A DNA stretch of 64,000 nucleotides from Corallococcus sp. NCRR. GTDB lineage: Bacteria; Myxococcota; Myxococcia; Myxococcales; Myxococcaceae. Of the stretch, positions 20,134-28,732 are shown in pieces. The position numbers and the translations under genes were made by a program. The notes below the pieces were generated by a model, which saw nothing but the letters and a program-made list of their open reading frames with translations, made no database searches and had not been told where the DNA came from. Location of the stretch: the NCBI RefSeq assembly GCF_026965535.1, contig NZ_CP114039.1:8227461-8291460 (forward strand), read 5' to 3'. Each line of letters starts with the position of its first letter. The first letter of the stretch is position 1.

Positions 20134-21264
20134 CTAGACCTTCTCGTACCGTTTACCCGGGTGCTGGACCACCAGCCCCGACAATTCCAACTCCACCAGG
20201 GCGCTCGTGAGCGCCGCGGGTGACAGCGCGCTCTGGGCGAGCACCTCGTCGAACGAACGGGGAACCCGGTCCAACAGCCCATAGGCCCCGCGCGCTTCCG
20301 CCGACAACGCCTCCCACCACCCACTGTCCCGCCCCGCGGGGACCGCACGGACCGGATGAACGCCCACGACCGCGCAAATCGATTCCGCGGACGTACAAGC
20401 GCGTGCCAGCCCGTCCGCCAGCAGGGCGTTGCAGCCCGCCGCGGCCGGCTGCCAGACGTCCCCGGGCAGCGCGAACACCGGCCGGCCCTGTACCCGCGCC
20501 GCCTCCGCCGTGTACAGCGCACCGGAACCTTCCCCGGCCCGCATCACCAGCACCGCGTCCGACGCGCCAGCGATGAGCCGGTTGCGCCGGGGGAAGGTCG
20601 TCGTGCTCGCCCGGACCCCAGGCGGCAGCTCGCTGAAGTACACCCCTCCCCGCTCGAGGAAGTGGGGCAGGAGCCGGGCCTGGGCGGGGTCCAACGCGTC
20701 CAGCGCGGAGCCCAGGAAGGCCCACGTCTCCGCGCCCACATCCAGCGCGCCCCAGTGGCAGGCCCGGTCCACGCCCTCCGCCGCGCCCGACACCACCCCC
20801 ACGCCAGCCTCCGCCACCTTCCGGGCGAACGTGCGAGCGAACGGCAGGAAGCCCTGGTCCGGATGCCGGCTGCCCACCATGGCCAGCCTGCGCCGGGGCG
20901 GCCCCGGGTTTCCCAGGAAGAAGAGCAGCGGGGGCGCGTCCTCCAGCCCCACCAGCCGCGCGGGATAGGCCGGCGAGCCCGCGAAGGCCACCTGGAGCCC
21001 CGTCCGCGCACAGGCCTCCTCCGTCCGGGACGCCAGGGCGTCCAGGGATGCGACGGTGGCCAGCCGCTGGCGGACGGTGGGGGGGACCGGCACGTCCGCC
21101 ACCCAGTCCCGCACGGGCGTGGACGCCAGCCGGGACAGCGCCCCACCGGCGAACGCGCGCACGGCGTCCAACGTCCGGGGCCCCAGGCCGGCAATGGCCC
21201 AGAGCGCCAGGGTGGCGCGCTGCTCGTCCCAGTGTACGTGCGTATCCGTGTTTATGTCCGCCAT
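20134..21264 (-). CDS. dprA: DNA-processing protein DprA (Smf)
   Basis: Start at MADINTD. The Rossmann-like DprA core is present (MVGSRHP... GVGVVSGAAEGVD) plus a C-terminal winged helix. It lies immediately upstream of topA, the classical dprA-topA pair. Confidence 0.85.
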   Translation of the reverse strand: MADINTDTHVHWDEQRATLALWAIAGLGPRTLDAVRAFAGGALSRLASTPVRDWVADVPVPPTVRQRLATVASLDALASRTEEACARTGLQVAFAGSPAYPARLVGLEDAPPLLFFLGNPGPPRRRLAMVGSRHPDQGFLPFARTFARKVAEAGVGVVSGAAEGVDRACHWGALDVGAETWAFLGSALDALDPAQARLLPHFLERGGVYFSELPPGVRASTTTFPRRNRLIAGASDAVLVMRAGEGSGALYTAEAARVQGRPVFALPGDVWQPAAAGCNALLADGLARACTSAESICAVVGVHPVRAVPAGRDSGWWEALSAEARGAYGLLDRVPRSFDEVLAQSALSPAALTSALVELELSGLVVQHPGKRYEKV

Positions 21265-21371
21265 GCCGTCCCCCGCCTGATTCCCACCTATATAGAGGTG
21301 GTCCCGGGAGGGGCGTGACACATAACACCGGTTCTTCGGGGGTCAAGCGACCCGCCCTTCCCGGGCGGGCC

Positions 21372-21386
21372 GGAATGCAGCATTCC
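21372..21386. promoter_or_regulatory. Perfect 15-bp palindrome GGAATGCAGCATTCC, candidate operator
   Basis: Seen directly in the sequence between the LysM gene stop and the dprA start. A 1-nt centre means it cannot be an RNA hairpin, which favours a dimeric protein-binding site. Confidence 0.25.
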
Positions 21387-21405
21387 TGCCGATCGCCGCC
21401 CGCGT

Positions 21406-22620
21406 TCAGCGGCTGGCGGTGGACGTTCCGTCCTTGCGCATGGTGGCGCGGTCGCCAGCGGAGATCTCCACCATGGAGCGGGTCACCAGGCAGTTGGAGG
21501 TGCGCTCACGCACTTCGGTGACCATGCACTGGGCCACGGCCTCCCAGGGGTAGGCGTTCTGGCCCTTGCCCGCGTCGCCCATCTTGTAGTCGCTGCGGCC
21601 GAGCACGTCCTTGCTGGGGTCGCCGCGGCGCTCGATGGTGAAGGTGTTGCCCACCTGCACGCCGTCCGCGGTGCCGCGGTCCACGACGATGAAGTTGTGC
21701 TCGCCTAGCAGCGTCTGGCCCGGCGTCATCGGCGTGAGCACGAAGCCGGGGATCTCCTTGCTGTTGGGCTTGGGGGCGATGCGCTCGGACAGCTTCTCGC
21801 TGGAGGGGCCCACCAGGTCGCCGCGGGCGATGGGGTCCCAGGTCTCCATGATGCGCGCGGTGACCACGTCGTTGTTGATGGCGACGACCTGCACCGTGCC
21901 CAGCAGCTCCGTGAGGTAGCCCGTGCGCGCGTGGGTGATGGGGTGCTTCACCTCTTCCACGGTGTGGAAGATGACGTAGCGGTCGCCCATCTTGGCGGCG
22001 CCGCGCTTCTTGAAGCGCAGGTAGACCTTCTCCGGAGCGGAGAGCATCAGCGCCTCGGAGGTGGAGCCCTCGATGCGGCCCGCCTCGTCCAGTTCGCGCG
22101 TCGTCACGAAGCCCTTGGTCGTCACCGGGCTGGACTTCGACGGGTCGAAGCCAATCTTCCCGACCACCGACACCAGGCTGCCGCCGCTCACGTCCGTGGG
22201 CGCCGCCACGTCGTCGGAGGGAAGGTCGCCGCCCTCCACGCGCGCGGGCACCTCCTCGCCACCCGCGAAGAACTTCACGTTGTTGCCCGGGTAGATCCAG
22301 TGCGGGTTGGCGATCTGCGGGTTGTAGGACCAGACCTTGGGCCAGTACCAGGGGCTGCCCAGGTAGCGCTGGGACAGGTCCCACAGCGTGTCGCCCGTCT
22401 CCACGGTGTGGACCTGGCCGGGCGCGCTCTCACGGCCCTGCGGGGCGCCGGGCGGCAGCGTGACGGAGGTGGGGCGCTGCTCCACGTCGTCGGAGATGTC
22501 CTGCCCCTCCGTCTCGGAGGACGGCTGGGATTCTTCCTCCTGCGCGTCCTGGGCGAAAGCCGTCCATGCCGGCGCGACGGTGAGGGGCACGAGCAGGGAG
22601 GCGAGGATCCGGGAGCGCAT
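21406..22620 (-). CDS. Secreted LysM-domain protein with Cys-containing beta-rich C-terminal region
   Basis: Start at MRSRILASLLVPLTVAPAWTAFA (signal peptide) preceded by an AAAGGACG RBS. The LysM motif is GDTLWDLSQRYLGSPWYWPKVWSYN. The six-frame ORF extends a further 320 aa upstream in a GC-driven frame. Confidence 0.7.
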   Translation of the reverse strand: MRSRILASLLVPLTVAPAWTAFAQDAQEEESQPSSETEGQDISDDVEQRPTSVTLPPGAPQGRESAPGQVHTVETGDTLWDLSQRYLGSPWYWPKVWSYNPQIANPHWIYPGNNVKFFAGGEEVPARVEGGDLPSDDVAAPTDVSGGSLVSVVGKIGFDPSKSSPVTTKGFVTTRELDEAGRIEGSTSEALMLSAPEKVYLRFKKRGAAKMGDRYVIFHTVEEVKHPITHARTGYLTELLGTVQVVAINNDVVTARIMETWDPIARGDLVGPSSEKLSERIAPKPNSKEIPGFVLTPMTPGQTLLGEHNFIVVDRGTADGVQVGNTFTIERRGDPSKDVLGRSDYKMGDAGKGQNAYPWEAVAQCMVTEVRERTSNCLVTRSMVEISAGDRATMRKDGTSTASR

Positions 22621-22646
22621 CGGACGACGTCCTTTCACAAAAGAGC

Positions 22647-23522
22647 TCAAGGCGAGAGCGCGGCGAGCCGCTGCTCCGCCTGCGTGGCGGCGGCCGTCCC
22701 CGGGAACTGGGTGACGACGCGGGTATAGAGGGCACGGGCATCCACGGCCTGGTTCAGCCGCACCCGGCACTCCGCGAGCCGGAGCATGCCGTCCTGGACG
22801 GCGTCCCCGGCGGGGTAGTTCTTGATGAGCTTCTCGAACGTCCTGGCCGCGCCGGCCGCGTCCTTGAGCCCCATCTGGCCCAGGCCGCTGAAGTACAGCG
22901 CGTTGTCGGCGCGGGGGTGGCGGGGGTTCTCCGCCGCGAAGCGCGTGAGGGTCTCCACGCCGCCTTCCACGTTGCCGGTGCGCAGCATGGCCACCGCGCG
23001 CTCGTATTCGGCGTCGAGGATGTCCGGGTCCTTCTCCGGCGGCTCCATGCGAGCGGCCGTCGTGGAGCCCATCGCGCTGCCCAGGCCCACCGAGCCCGTC
23101 CCCGACGAGCCCTCCACCGGGGAGATGAACATCTCCATCTGGTCGGCGTCCGGCTCCATCACCGCCACCGCCGTGTTGATGCGCGGCGCGGGTTCCTTCT
23201 TCGGCTTGAGCCGGACCACCGTCAGCTCCGCCGGCGCCAGGCCCAGCGACTCGCCCGCTTCCGGCGAGGCGGCCTCCGGCTTCGCGCTGGCCGCCGGGGA
23301 TGTGGCGGGAGCCGGGGCGACGGCGCGGGCACGCGAGACGGCGTCGCGGTTCTCCAGCCGCTCCAGGCGCTCCTGCAGCGACGCCTGGGAGGCGCGCAGC
23401 GTGCGCACCTCCGCCTCCAGCCGGCCCACCTCCGCCTGCGAAGCAGCGGTGGTGGCGCAGGCGGTCGGCGCGGACAGCGCGACGGCGGCAAACAGGCGGA
23501 AGAGGAAGGGACGCACCGGCAC
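22647..23522 (-). CDS. YbgF/CpoB-like lipoprotein (N-terminal coiled coil, C-terminal TPR)
   Basis: 291 aa with an LSAPTAC lipobox, a coiled-coil (EVGRLEAEVRTLRASQASLQERLERLE) and C-terminal TPR repeats, as in Tol-Pal YbgF. Confidence 0.65.
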   Translation of the reverse strand: MPVRPFLFRLFAAVALSAPTACATTAASQAEVGRLEAEVRTLRASQASLQERLERLENRDAVSRARAVAPAPATSPAASAKPEAASPEAGESLGLAPAELTVVRLKPKKEPAPRINTAVAVMEPDADQMEMFISPVEGSSGTGSVGLGSAMGSTTAARMEPPEKDPDILDAEYERAVAMLRTGNVEGGVETLTRFAAENPRHPRADNALYFSGLGQMGLKDAAGAARTFEKLIKNYPAGDAVQDGMLRLAECRVRLNQAVDARALYTRVVTQFPGTAAATQAEQRLAALSP

Positions 23523-23604
23523 GAGCCTGGACGGAGGGAATTCCAGGTCGAGGATAGGAAGGCCGGTCGGAGACCGTCAAGAAAACGACCCCGGAGGGCC
23601 TCCG

Positions 23605-24363
23605 CTAGAAGCGGTGCAGCACGTAGTTGAGGTGACGCCCGGTGCGCCCCGCGTCCCGGCGGTGGGAGAAGAACCTGTCCGGATCACACGCCGTACAGGC
23701 CTGTAGCACGTCCACGTGCGCCGGCTTCAGGCCCGCCTTCAGCAGGGACGACTTCACCGCGAGTGACAGGTCCAGGTGCGGCTTGCCCCCCGCGCGGACG
23801 ACGTCCGGGCCGAAGCGCGCGCGGAAGCGGTCCCCCAGCTCCGGGGACACCTCGTAGCAGCACGCCTGGATGCAGGGGCCCACCGCCGCCAGCAGGTCCT
23901 CTGGGCGGCTGCCCCGCGCCACCAGCGCCTCCACCGTGCGGGCGCTGATCTCCAGGTCCGTGCCCTTCCATCCGGAGTGCACCGCCGCCACGCGCTTCTC
24001 TCGCGGATCCACGATCAGCACCGGCACGCAGTCCGCGGTGCCCACCGCCACCCAGCTGCCCTCCCCTTGCGTCCACAGCGCGTCCGCTTCGCCCAGCGTC
24101 GGGCGCAGCACGTCATCCGCTTCACCGCGCGCCTCCAGCACCGTGTCGCCGTGCACCTGCGACACCCGGCAGAGCGCGCCCACCTGCGCTCCCGCCGCCC
24201 GGGCCAGCCGGCGGTGGTTCTCCTCCACGCGGGGGCGCTCGTCGCCCACGGAGAAGCCCAGGTTCAGCGACGCGTAGGGCCCTTCGGACACCCCACCCGC
24301 GCGAGTGGCGAAGCCGTGCGGCACCGGCAGCAGCGCGGACGTGAGGAACTGGGGCGTGGCCAT
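23605..24363 (-). CDS. pgeF: Purine nucleoside phosphorylase / polyphenol oxidase YfiH (PgeF, DUF152)
   Basis: Start at MATPQF with the VHGDTV, TADCVPVL and AVHSGWKGT motifs. Confidence 0.85.
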   Translation of the reverse strand: MATPQFLTSALLPVPHGFATRAGGVSEGPYASLNLGFSVGDERPRVEENHRRLARAAGAQVGALCRVSQVHGDTVLEARGEADDVLRPTLGEADALWTQGEGSWVAVGTADCVPVLIVDPREKRVAAVHSGWKGTDLEISARTVEALVARGSRPEDLLAAVGPCIQACCYEVSPELGDRFRARFGPDVVRAGGKPHLDLSLAVKSSLLKAGLKPAHVDVLQACTACDPDRFFSHRRDAGRTGRHLNYVLHRF

Positions 24364-24578
24364 GGCGGGAACTCCTCTTTTCAGCGGCGGCTTCGGGAGT
24401 ACCGCCACCGTGTCACGGGTACAGCCCGTGAAAACAGGAACATGCCGAGGAACAACACCCCCATTTCAATATTTCGACACCGGTACGTTTGACAGGGCGT
24501 GTCACGCCCCTGACAATTTTGAACACTCCGTCACTCGCGGACAGAACGCGAGTGCACGAAGCACACTGCGCCCCGCAC

Positions 24579-26504
24579 ATGGCCCTCGGTTCCGAGACGA
24601 TTGGCAGGAAGCTCTTGTGGAGCATCGCGCTGCCCGGGTTGGTGGTGGCGCTCCTGGGCGTGGGGCACTTCTCGCGCGAGGCACGCCAGGCGGTCCGGGA
24701 AGGCACCCACCTGGAGGCGCTCGCGCTGGCGGAGGCGGTGGCCTCCACCTTCACGCTGCCGCAGACGCCGGGCGCGGCCCCGCATGGCGCGGTGGCGGAG
24801 GTGCTGGCGTCGGACACGCGGCTGTTCCGCTCCGTGGAGGACCTGCGGGTCCTGACGCCGGACGGGCGCATCCGCTGGAGCCGGCGGCCGGCGGAGCAGG
24901 GCCACCCGCACCCGGAGGCCGCGCGGCTGTCCGCGACGGGACCGGAGACGGCGCGCTCCAGCGACCACGGCACGGAGGTGGTGCGGCCCCTGGGCGGTCC
25001 GGAGTGCTCCGGCTGTCACACGGGTGAGGCCGCGCAGCGCATGGGCGTGCTCCAGGTGCGCATGGGCGAGCCCGCGCTGACCCGCCAGCTCCAGACGGTG
25101 TTCCAGGACGCGCTGGGCGCGATGGTGCTCTTCGTGGGCATCCTGGGGCTCGTTACCTGGCTGTCCCTGCGCTTCGTGCTCACCGCGCCGCTCAAGCGGC
25201 TGAGCGAGGCCATGGGCCGCGCGGCGGACGGCGACCTGCTGGTGCGCGCGGAGGCCCGGGGCACGGATGAAATCTCCCGGCTGGGCGCGGCCTTCAACCA
25301 GATGCTCGCGCGGCTCACCTCCATGAAGGTGGAGGAGATCGACACGCACCGCGACCTGCAACTGGTGAAGGAGAAGCTGGCGCTGAAGGACGAGCTGGAG
25401 GAGCGCCTGACGGAGCTGTCGCTCTTGTTCGACGTGGCCCGCTCGCTCAACACCACGCTGGAGCTGGATGAGCTCCTGGCGCGCATCACCCGCATGGTGG
25501 TGGAGCGGCTGCACATCCCGGACTTCTCCATCATGCTCCTCAACGAGGAGGGCCTGCTGGAGGTGAAGCACGCGTGGCCGCAGGGCCGGGGCCTGGAGGG
25601 CCACACCTTCGCCATGGGCGAGGGCGCGTGCGGCCGGGCCGCCCAGGCGCGCAAGGCCGTGTACCTGCCGGACCTCACGGACAGCACCAGCATCTTCGCG
25701 CGGCGCGGGCTGCGCGGCGGCTCGGAGCAGGGGTCGCTGCTGGCGGTGCCCATGGTGCACGCGGACACGTTGCTGGGCGTCATCAACTTCCAGCGCCCCC
25801 AGACGGCGAGCATCTCCGCGGAGGAGATCGAGCTCTTCACCGCGGTGGCCGACCAGGCCGCGACGGCGGTGACGAACGCGCGGCTGCACGCGGAGACGGT
25901 GAAGCTCACGCTGACGGACGCGCTCACGGGCGTGCCCAACCGCCGCCACCTCTTCCAGCGGCTGGACCTGGAGCTGGCGCGGGCCCAGCGCTTCGGCGTG
26001 CCCATGGCGCTGCTGATGGTGGACGTGGACCACTTCAAGCGGCTCAACGACCTGGCCGGACACCGCGCCGGGGACGAGACGCTGCGCCGGGTCTCCGACG
26101 TGCTCCGGACGCGCGCTCGCAAGGTGGACACGCTGGGGCGCTACGGCGGCGAGGAGTTCGTGCTGCTCCTGCCGCAGGTGTCCAAGGCCACGGCGGTGGA
26201 GGTGGCGGAGACGCTGCGCCGCGCGGTGGCGGACTCCGTCACGCTCAGCCGTCCGGGGCTGCCCGGGGGCCACGTCACGGTGTCCATCGGCGTCTCGCAC
26301 TTCCCCACGGACGCGACGGCGCAGGACACGCTGGTGGACTGCGCGGACTCGGCGCTCTATTGCAGCAAGCGCACCGGCAGAAACCGCGTGACGGCGTTCG
26401 AGCCCGGCATGGAGGTCCACCCCGGCCGCGAGCGCAGCATCAGCACGCCGCCCGCGGACGCGCCCTCCACGCCGCCCGCGCCCTCGGGCATCGCGAAGGC
26501 CTGA
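24579..26504 (+). CDS. Sensor diguanylate cyclase: periplasmic sensor region with CxxCH motif - TM - HAMP - GAF - GGDEF (GGEEF)
   Basis: A TM helix is followed by a periplasmic region containing GPECSGCHTGEAA, a second TM helix, a HAMP domain, a GAF domain, and a GGDEF domain with RYGGEEF. The start could alternatively be an upstream TTG at 24489. Confidence 0.8.
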   Translation: MALGSETIGRKLLWSIALPGLVVALLGVGHFSREARQAVREGTHLEALALAEAVASTFTLPQTPGAAPHGAVAEVLASDTRLFRSVEDLRVLTPDGRIRWSRRPAEQGHPHPEAARLSATGPETARSSDHGTEVVRPLGGPECSGCHTGEAAQRMGVLQVRMGEPALTRQLQTVFQDALGAMVLFVGILGLVTWLSLRFVLTAPLKRLSEAMGRAADGDLLVRAEARGTDEISRLGAAFNQMLARLTSMKVEEIDTHRDLQLVKEKLALKDELEERLTELSLLFDVARSLNTTLELDELLARITRMVVERLHIPDFSIMLLNEEGLLEVKHAWPQGRGLEGHTFAMGEGACGRAAQARKAVYLPDLTDSTSIFARRGLRGGSEQGSLLAVPMVHADTLLGVINFQRPQTASISAEEIELFTAVADQAATAVTNARLHAETVKLTLTDALTGVPNRRHLFQRLDLELARAQRFGVPMALLMVDVDHFKRLNDLAGHRAGDETLRRVSDVLRTRARKVDTLGRYGGEEFVLLLPQVSKATAVEVAETLRRAVADSVTLSRPGLPGGHVTVSIGVSHFPTDATAQDTLVDCADSALYCSKRTGRNRVTAFEPGMEVHPGRERSISTPPADAPSTPPAPSGIAKA

Positions 26505-26525
26505 AGCGCGCGAAGGCGCCCTCCC

Positions 26526-27119
26526 CTACCGCCGCACGAGCGTGCGGACCACGGGGAGCATCAGGTCCGCCCACTCCTCGTAGCCCTCCGCGGACGGGTG
26601 GAAGCCATCCGAGCAGAAGAAGTCCGGGCGCCGGGGGATCATCTCCCGGCTGGCGGTGAACAGGTCCACCAGGTGCAGCCCGTGCGCGCGGGCCACGGTG
26701 GCGATGGCGTCGTTGAACGGCTCGATGCGCCCTTCGTACAGCGCGCTGGGCACCATCTTCGCCACCGGCGCGAGCGCCATGTCCGCCAGGTTCACCACCA
26801 CCATGGACGCGCCCGTCTGCTTCAGCCGCCGGGCGATGCGGTCCAGGTCGTCCTGGAACTCGGCCACCTCGGTGCCGCGCCAGACGTCGTTGGTGCCCAC
26901 GCCCAGGGTGATGAGCGTGGGCTGCAACGCGACGACGCGCTTGAGGGCGTTATTGACGATGTCGCGCACGCGCGCACCGCTCTGCCCCAGGTTGGTATGG
27001 CCCACGGGGAGGCCGTCCTTCCGGAGGCGGGAGGCGAGCCGGTCGGGGTAGCCCCCGCCCTGCGACGCCCCCACCCCCACCGCCGTGCTGTCACCCAACG
27101 AGACGTAGTTGACGCTCAT
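26526..27119 (-). CDS. SGNH/GDSL-family hydrolase
   Basis: 197 aa with an N-terminal VSLGDSTAVG block (GDS motif) and a C-terminal DGFHP catalytic His block. Confidence 0.8.
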   Translation of the reverse strand: MSVNYVSLGDSTAVGVGASQGGGYPDRLASRLRKDGLPVGHTNLGQSGARVRDIVNNALKRVVALQPTLITLGVGTNDVWRGTEVAEFQDDLDRIARRLKQTGASMVVVNLADMALAPVAKMVPSALYEGRIEPFNDAIATVARAHGLHLVDLFTASREMIPRRPDFFCSDGFHPSAEGYEEWADLMLPVVRTLVRR

Positions 27120-27130
27120 TCATCCCCACT

Positions 27131-28642
27131 TCAGGGCACGGTCAATGCGCGCAGCAGGCGTCCACCACCCGGGCCGGCCACGCGCAACAGCAGCGTGCTG
27201 CCCTTGGGCGCGGCGCGGATGGCCGCGGCCAGTTCCTTCGCGCTGGCGATGGGCTTCTTGTTCGCCTCCACCACCAGCATGCCCGGCGTCAGCTGCGCGC
27301 GGTCCGCGGGCGAGCCCGGGACGATGTCGGTGATGAGCGCGCCGGCGCGCTCGGTGAAGCCCGCCTGGGACGCCGTGCGCGCATCCAGGTCCTGCAGGGA
27401 CACGCCCACGCGGCGCGAGCTGTCCTGCTCGTCGTTGGTCGACGGCTTCTTCTTGGACAGGCCCTCCAGGTCCGGCCGGGTGCCCATGGTCACCTTGACG
27501 TCCTGCTTCTTGCCGTCGCGGTAGAGGGTCAGCGTCGCGACGCTGTTGGGCTTCTTGAGCGCCACGGTGCGGGTGAGCTCGCTGTCGGAGCGCACCTGCT
27601 TGCCGTCCACGGCCACCACCACGTCGTCCGGCTTCAAGCCCGCCTTCGCCGCCGGGGAGTCGGGGGTGATCTGCGTGAGGATGGCGCCCTCGCTCACCGA
27701 CAGCTTCAGCGCCTGGCCCAGCTCGCGCGTGAGGGGCTGGATGCCCACGCCCAGCCAGCCGCGCGTGACGGCGCCCTCCTTCTCCAGCTGCGGCAGCAGC
27801 GCCTTGATGAGGTTGCTGGGCACGGAGAAGCCGATGCCCGTGCCTCCGCCGACGATGGCGGTGTTGATGCCCACCACCTCGCCCTTCATGTTGAAGAGCG
27901 GGCCGCCGGAGTTGCCGGGGTTGATGGCCGCGTCCGTCTGCAGGAAGTCGTCGTACACGCTGGCGCCGATTTCACGGGCGCGCGCGGACAGGATGCCCAC
28001 GCTCACGCTGGAGGCCAGGCCGAACGGGTTGCCGATGGCCAGCACCCAGTCGCCCACGCGCACGGCGTCCGAGTCGCCCAGCTTCACGCTAGGGAGCTGA
28101 TCCACCTTCTCCTTGATCTTCACCACGGCCACGTCGGTGAGCGGGTCGCGGCCCACCACCTCGCCCGTGAACGAGCGGCCGTCGTCCAGGCGGATGGTGA
28201 TGGTGACCGCGTCCTCGATGACGTGGTTGTTGGTGAGCACCAGGCCCTTGGGGTCGATGATGAAGCCAGACCCGGCGCCCTGGCGGATCTGCTCGCGCTC
28301 GCTGCGGCCGCCCCGGCCCCGCCCGTTGCCTCCGAAGAAGCGGTCGAAGAGCGGGTTGTCCTCCATGCCCTCCGGCACCTCCGGACGGGCCTGCACGTCC
28401 ACGTTCACCACGGCGGACTTCACCGACTCCACCAGGGGCGCCAGCGAGGCCAGCGACTGGGCCTCACGCGTGGCGGGCTGGAGGTTGCCGGCCTGACCGG
28501 TGACCGCCTGCTGCGTCTTGGGCGCGGCCGGCTGGGGAGCGGGAGCCTGCGCGAGGGCGAGCGTGGGCGACGCCAGCACCAGCACGGCGGCCACGAGCTT
28601 GCGACGGGACGAAGAGAGCGTGTGGGTCATGGATTTCCTCAA
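27131..28642 (-). CDS. degP: Periplasmic serine endoprotease DegP/HtrA (two PDZ domains)
   Basis: 503 aa with a signal peptide, a trypsin-like GNSGGPL catalytic Ser motif and two PDZ domains. Confidence 0.88.
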   Translation of the reverse strand: MRKSMTHTLSSSRRKLVAAVLVLASPTLALAQAPAPQPAAPKTQQAVTGQAGNLQPATREAQSLASLAPLVESVKSAVVNVDVQARPEVPEGMEDNPLFDRFFGGNGRGRGGRSEREQIRQGAGSGFIIDPKGLVLTNNHVIEDAVTITIRLDDGRSFTGEVVGRDPLTDVAVVKIKEKVDQLPSVKLGDSDAVRVGDWVLAIGNPFGLASSVSVGILSARAREIGASVYDDFLQTDAAINPGNSGGPLFNMKGEVVGINTAIVGGGTGIGFSVPSNLIKALLPQLEKEGAVTRGWLGVGIQPLTRELGQALKLSVSEGAILTQITPDSPAAKAGLKPDDVVVAVDGKQVRSDSELTRTVALKKPNSVATLTLYRDGKKQDVKVTMGTRPDLEGLSKKKPSTNDEQDSSRRVGVSLQDLDARTASQAGFTERAGALITDIVPGSPADRAQLTPGMLVVEANKKPIASAKELAAAIRAAPKGSTLLLRVAGPGGGRLLRALTVP

Positions 28643-28732
28643 CCTAAAGCGGAAACGAAGCCCCGCAACCGGAACGACCGTGTCCGGTGACGGAAGGTGA
28701 ACCCCCGGCCCGGCCGCCTGTTCCCGAACCGC

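Noticed and set aside
16586-20137. 1183-aa plus-strand ORF
   Set aside because: It is antisense to topA and the MotA/TolQ-like gene, both of which are well supported.
20153-21346. Alternative-frame 397-aa minus ORF overlapping dprA
   Set aside because: It is frame-shifted relative to the DprA homology and its translation is Gly/Arg/Pro-rich.
21406-23580. 724-aa version of the LysM protein ORF
   Set aside because: The upstream 320 codons read through the ybgF-like gene region in a different frame and are low complexity. A signal-peptide Met with an RBS at 22620 gives a sensible 404-aa secreted protein.
24531-26420. 629-aa minus-strand ORF, and the 25016..26131 minus ORF
   Set aside because: Both are antisense to the GGDEF cyclase gene, which has clear domain structure.
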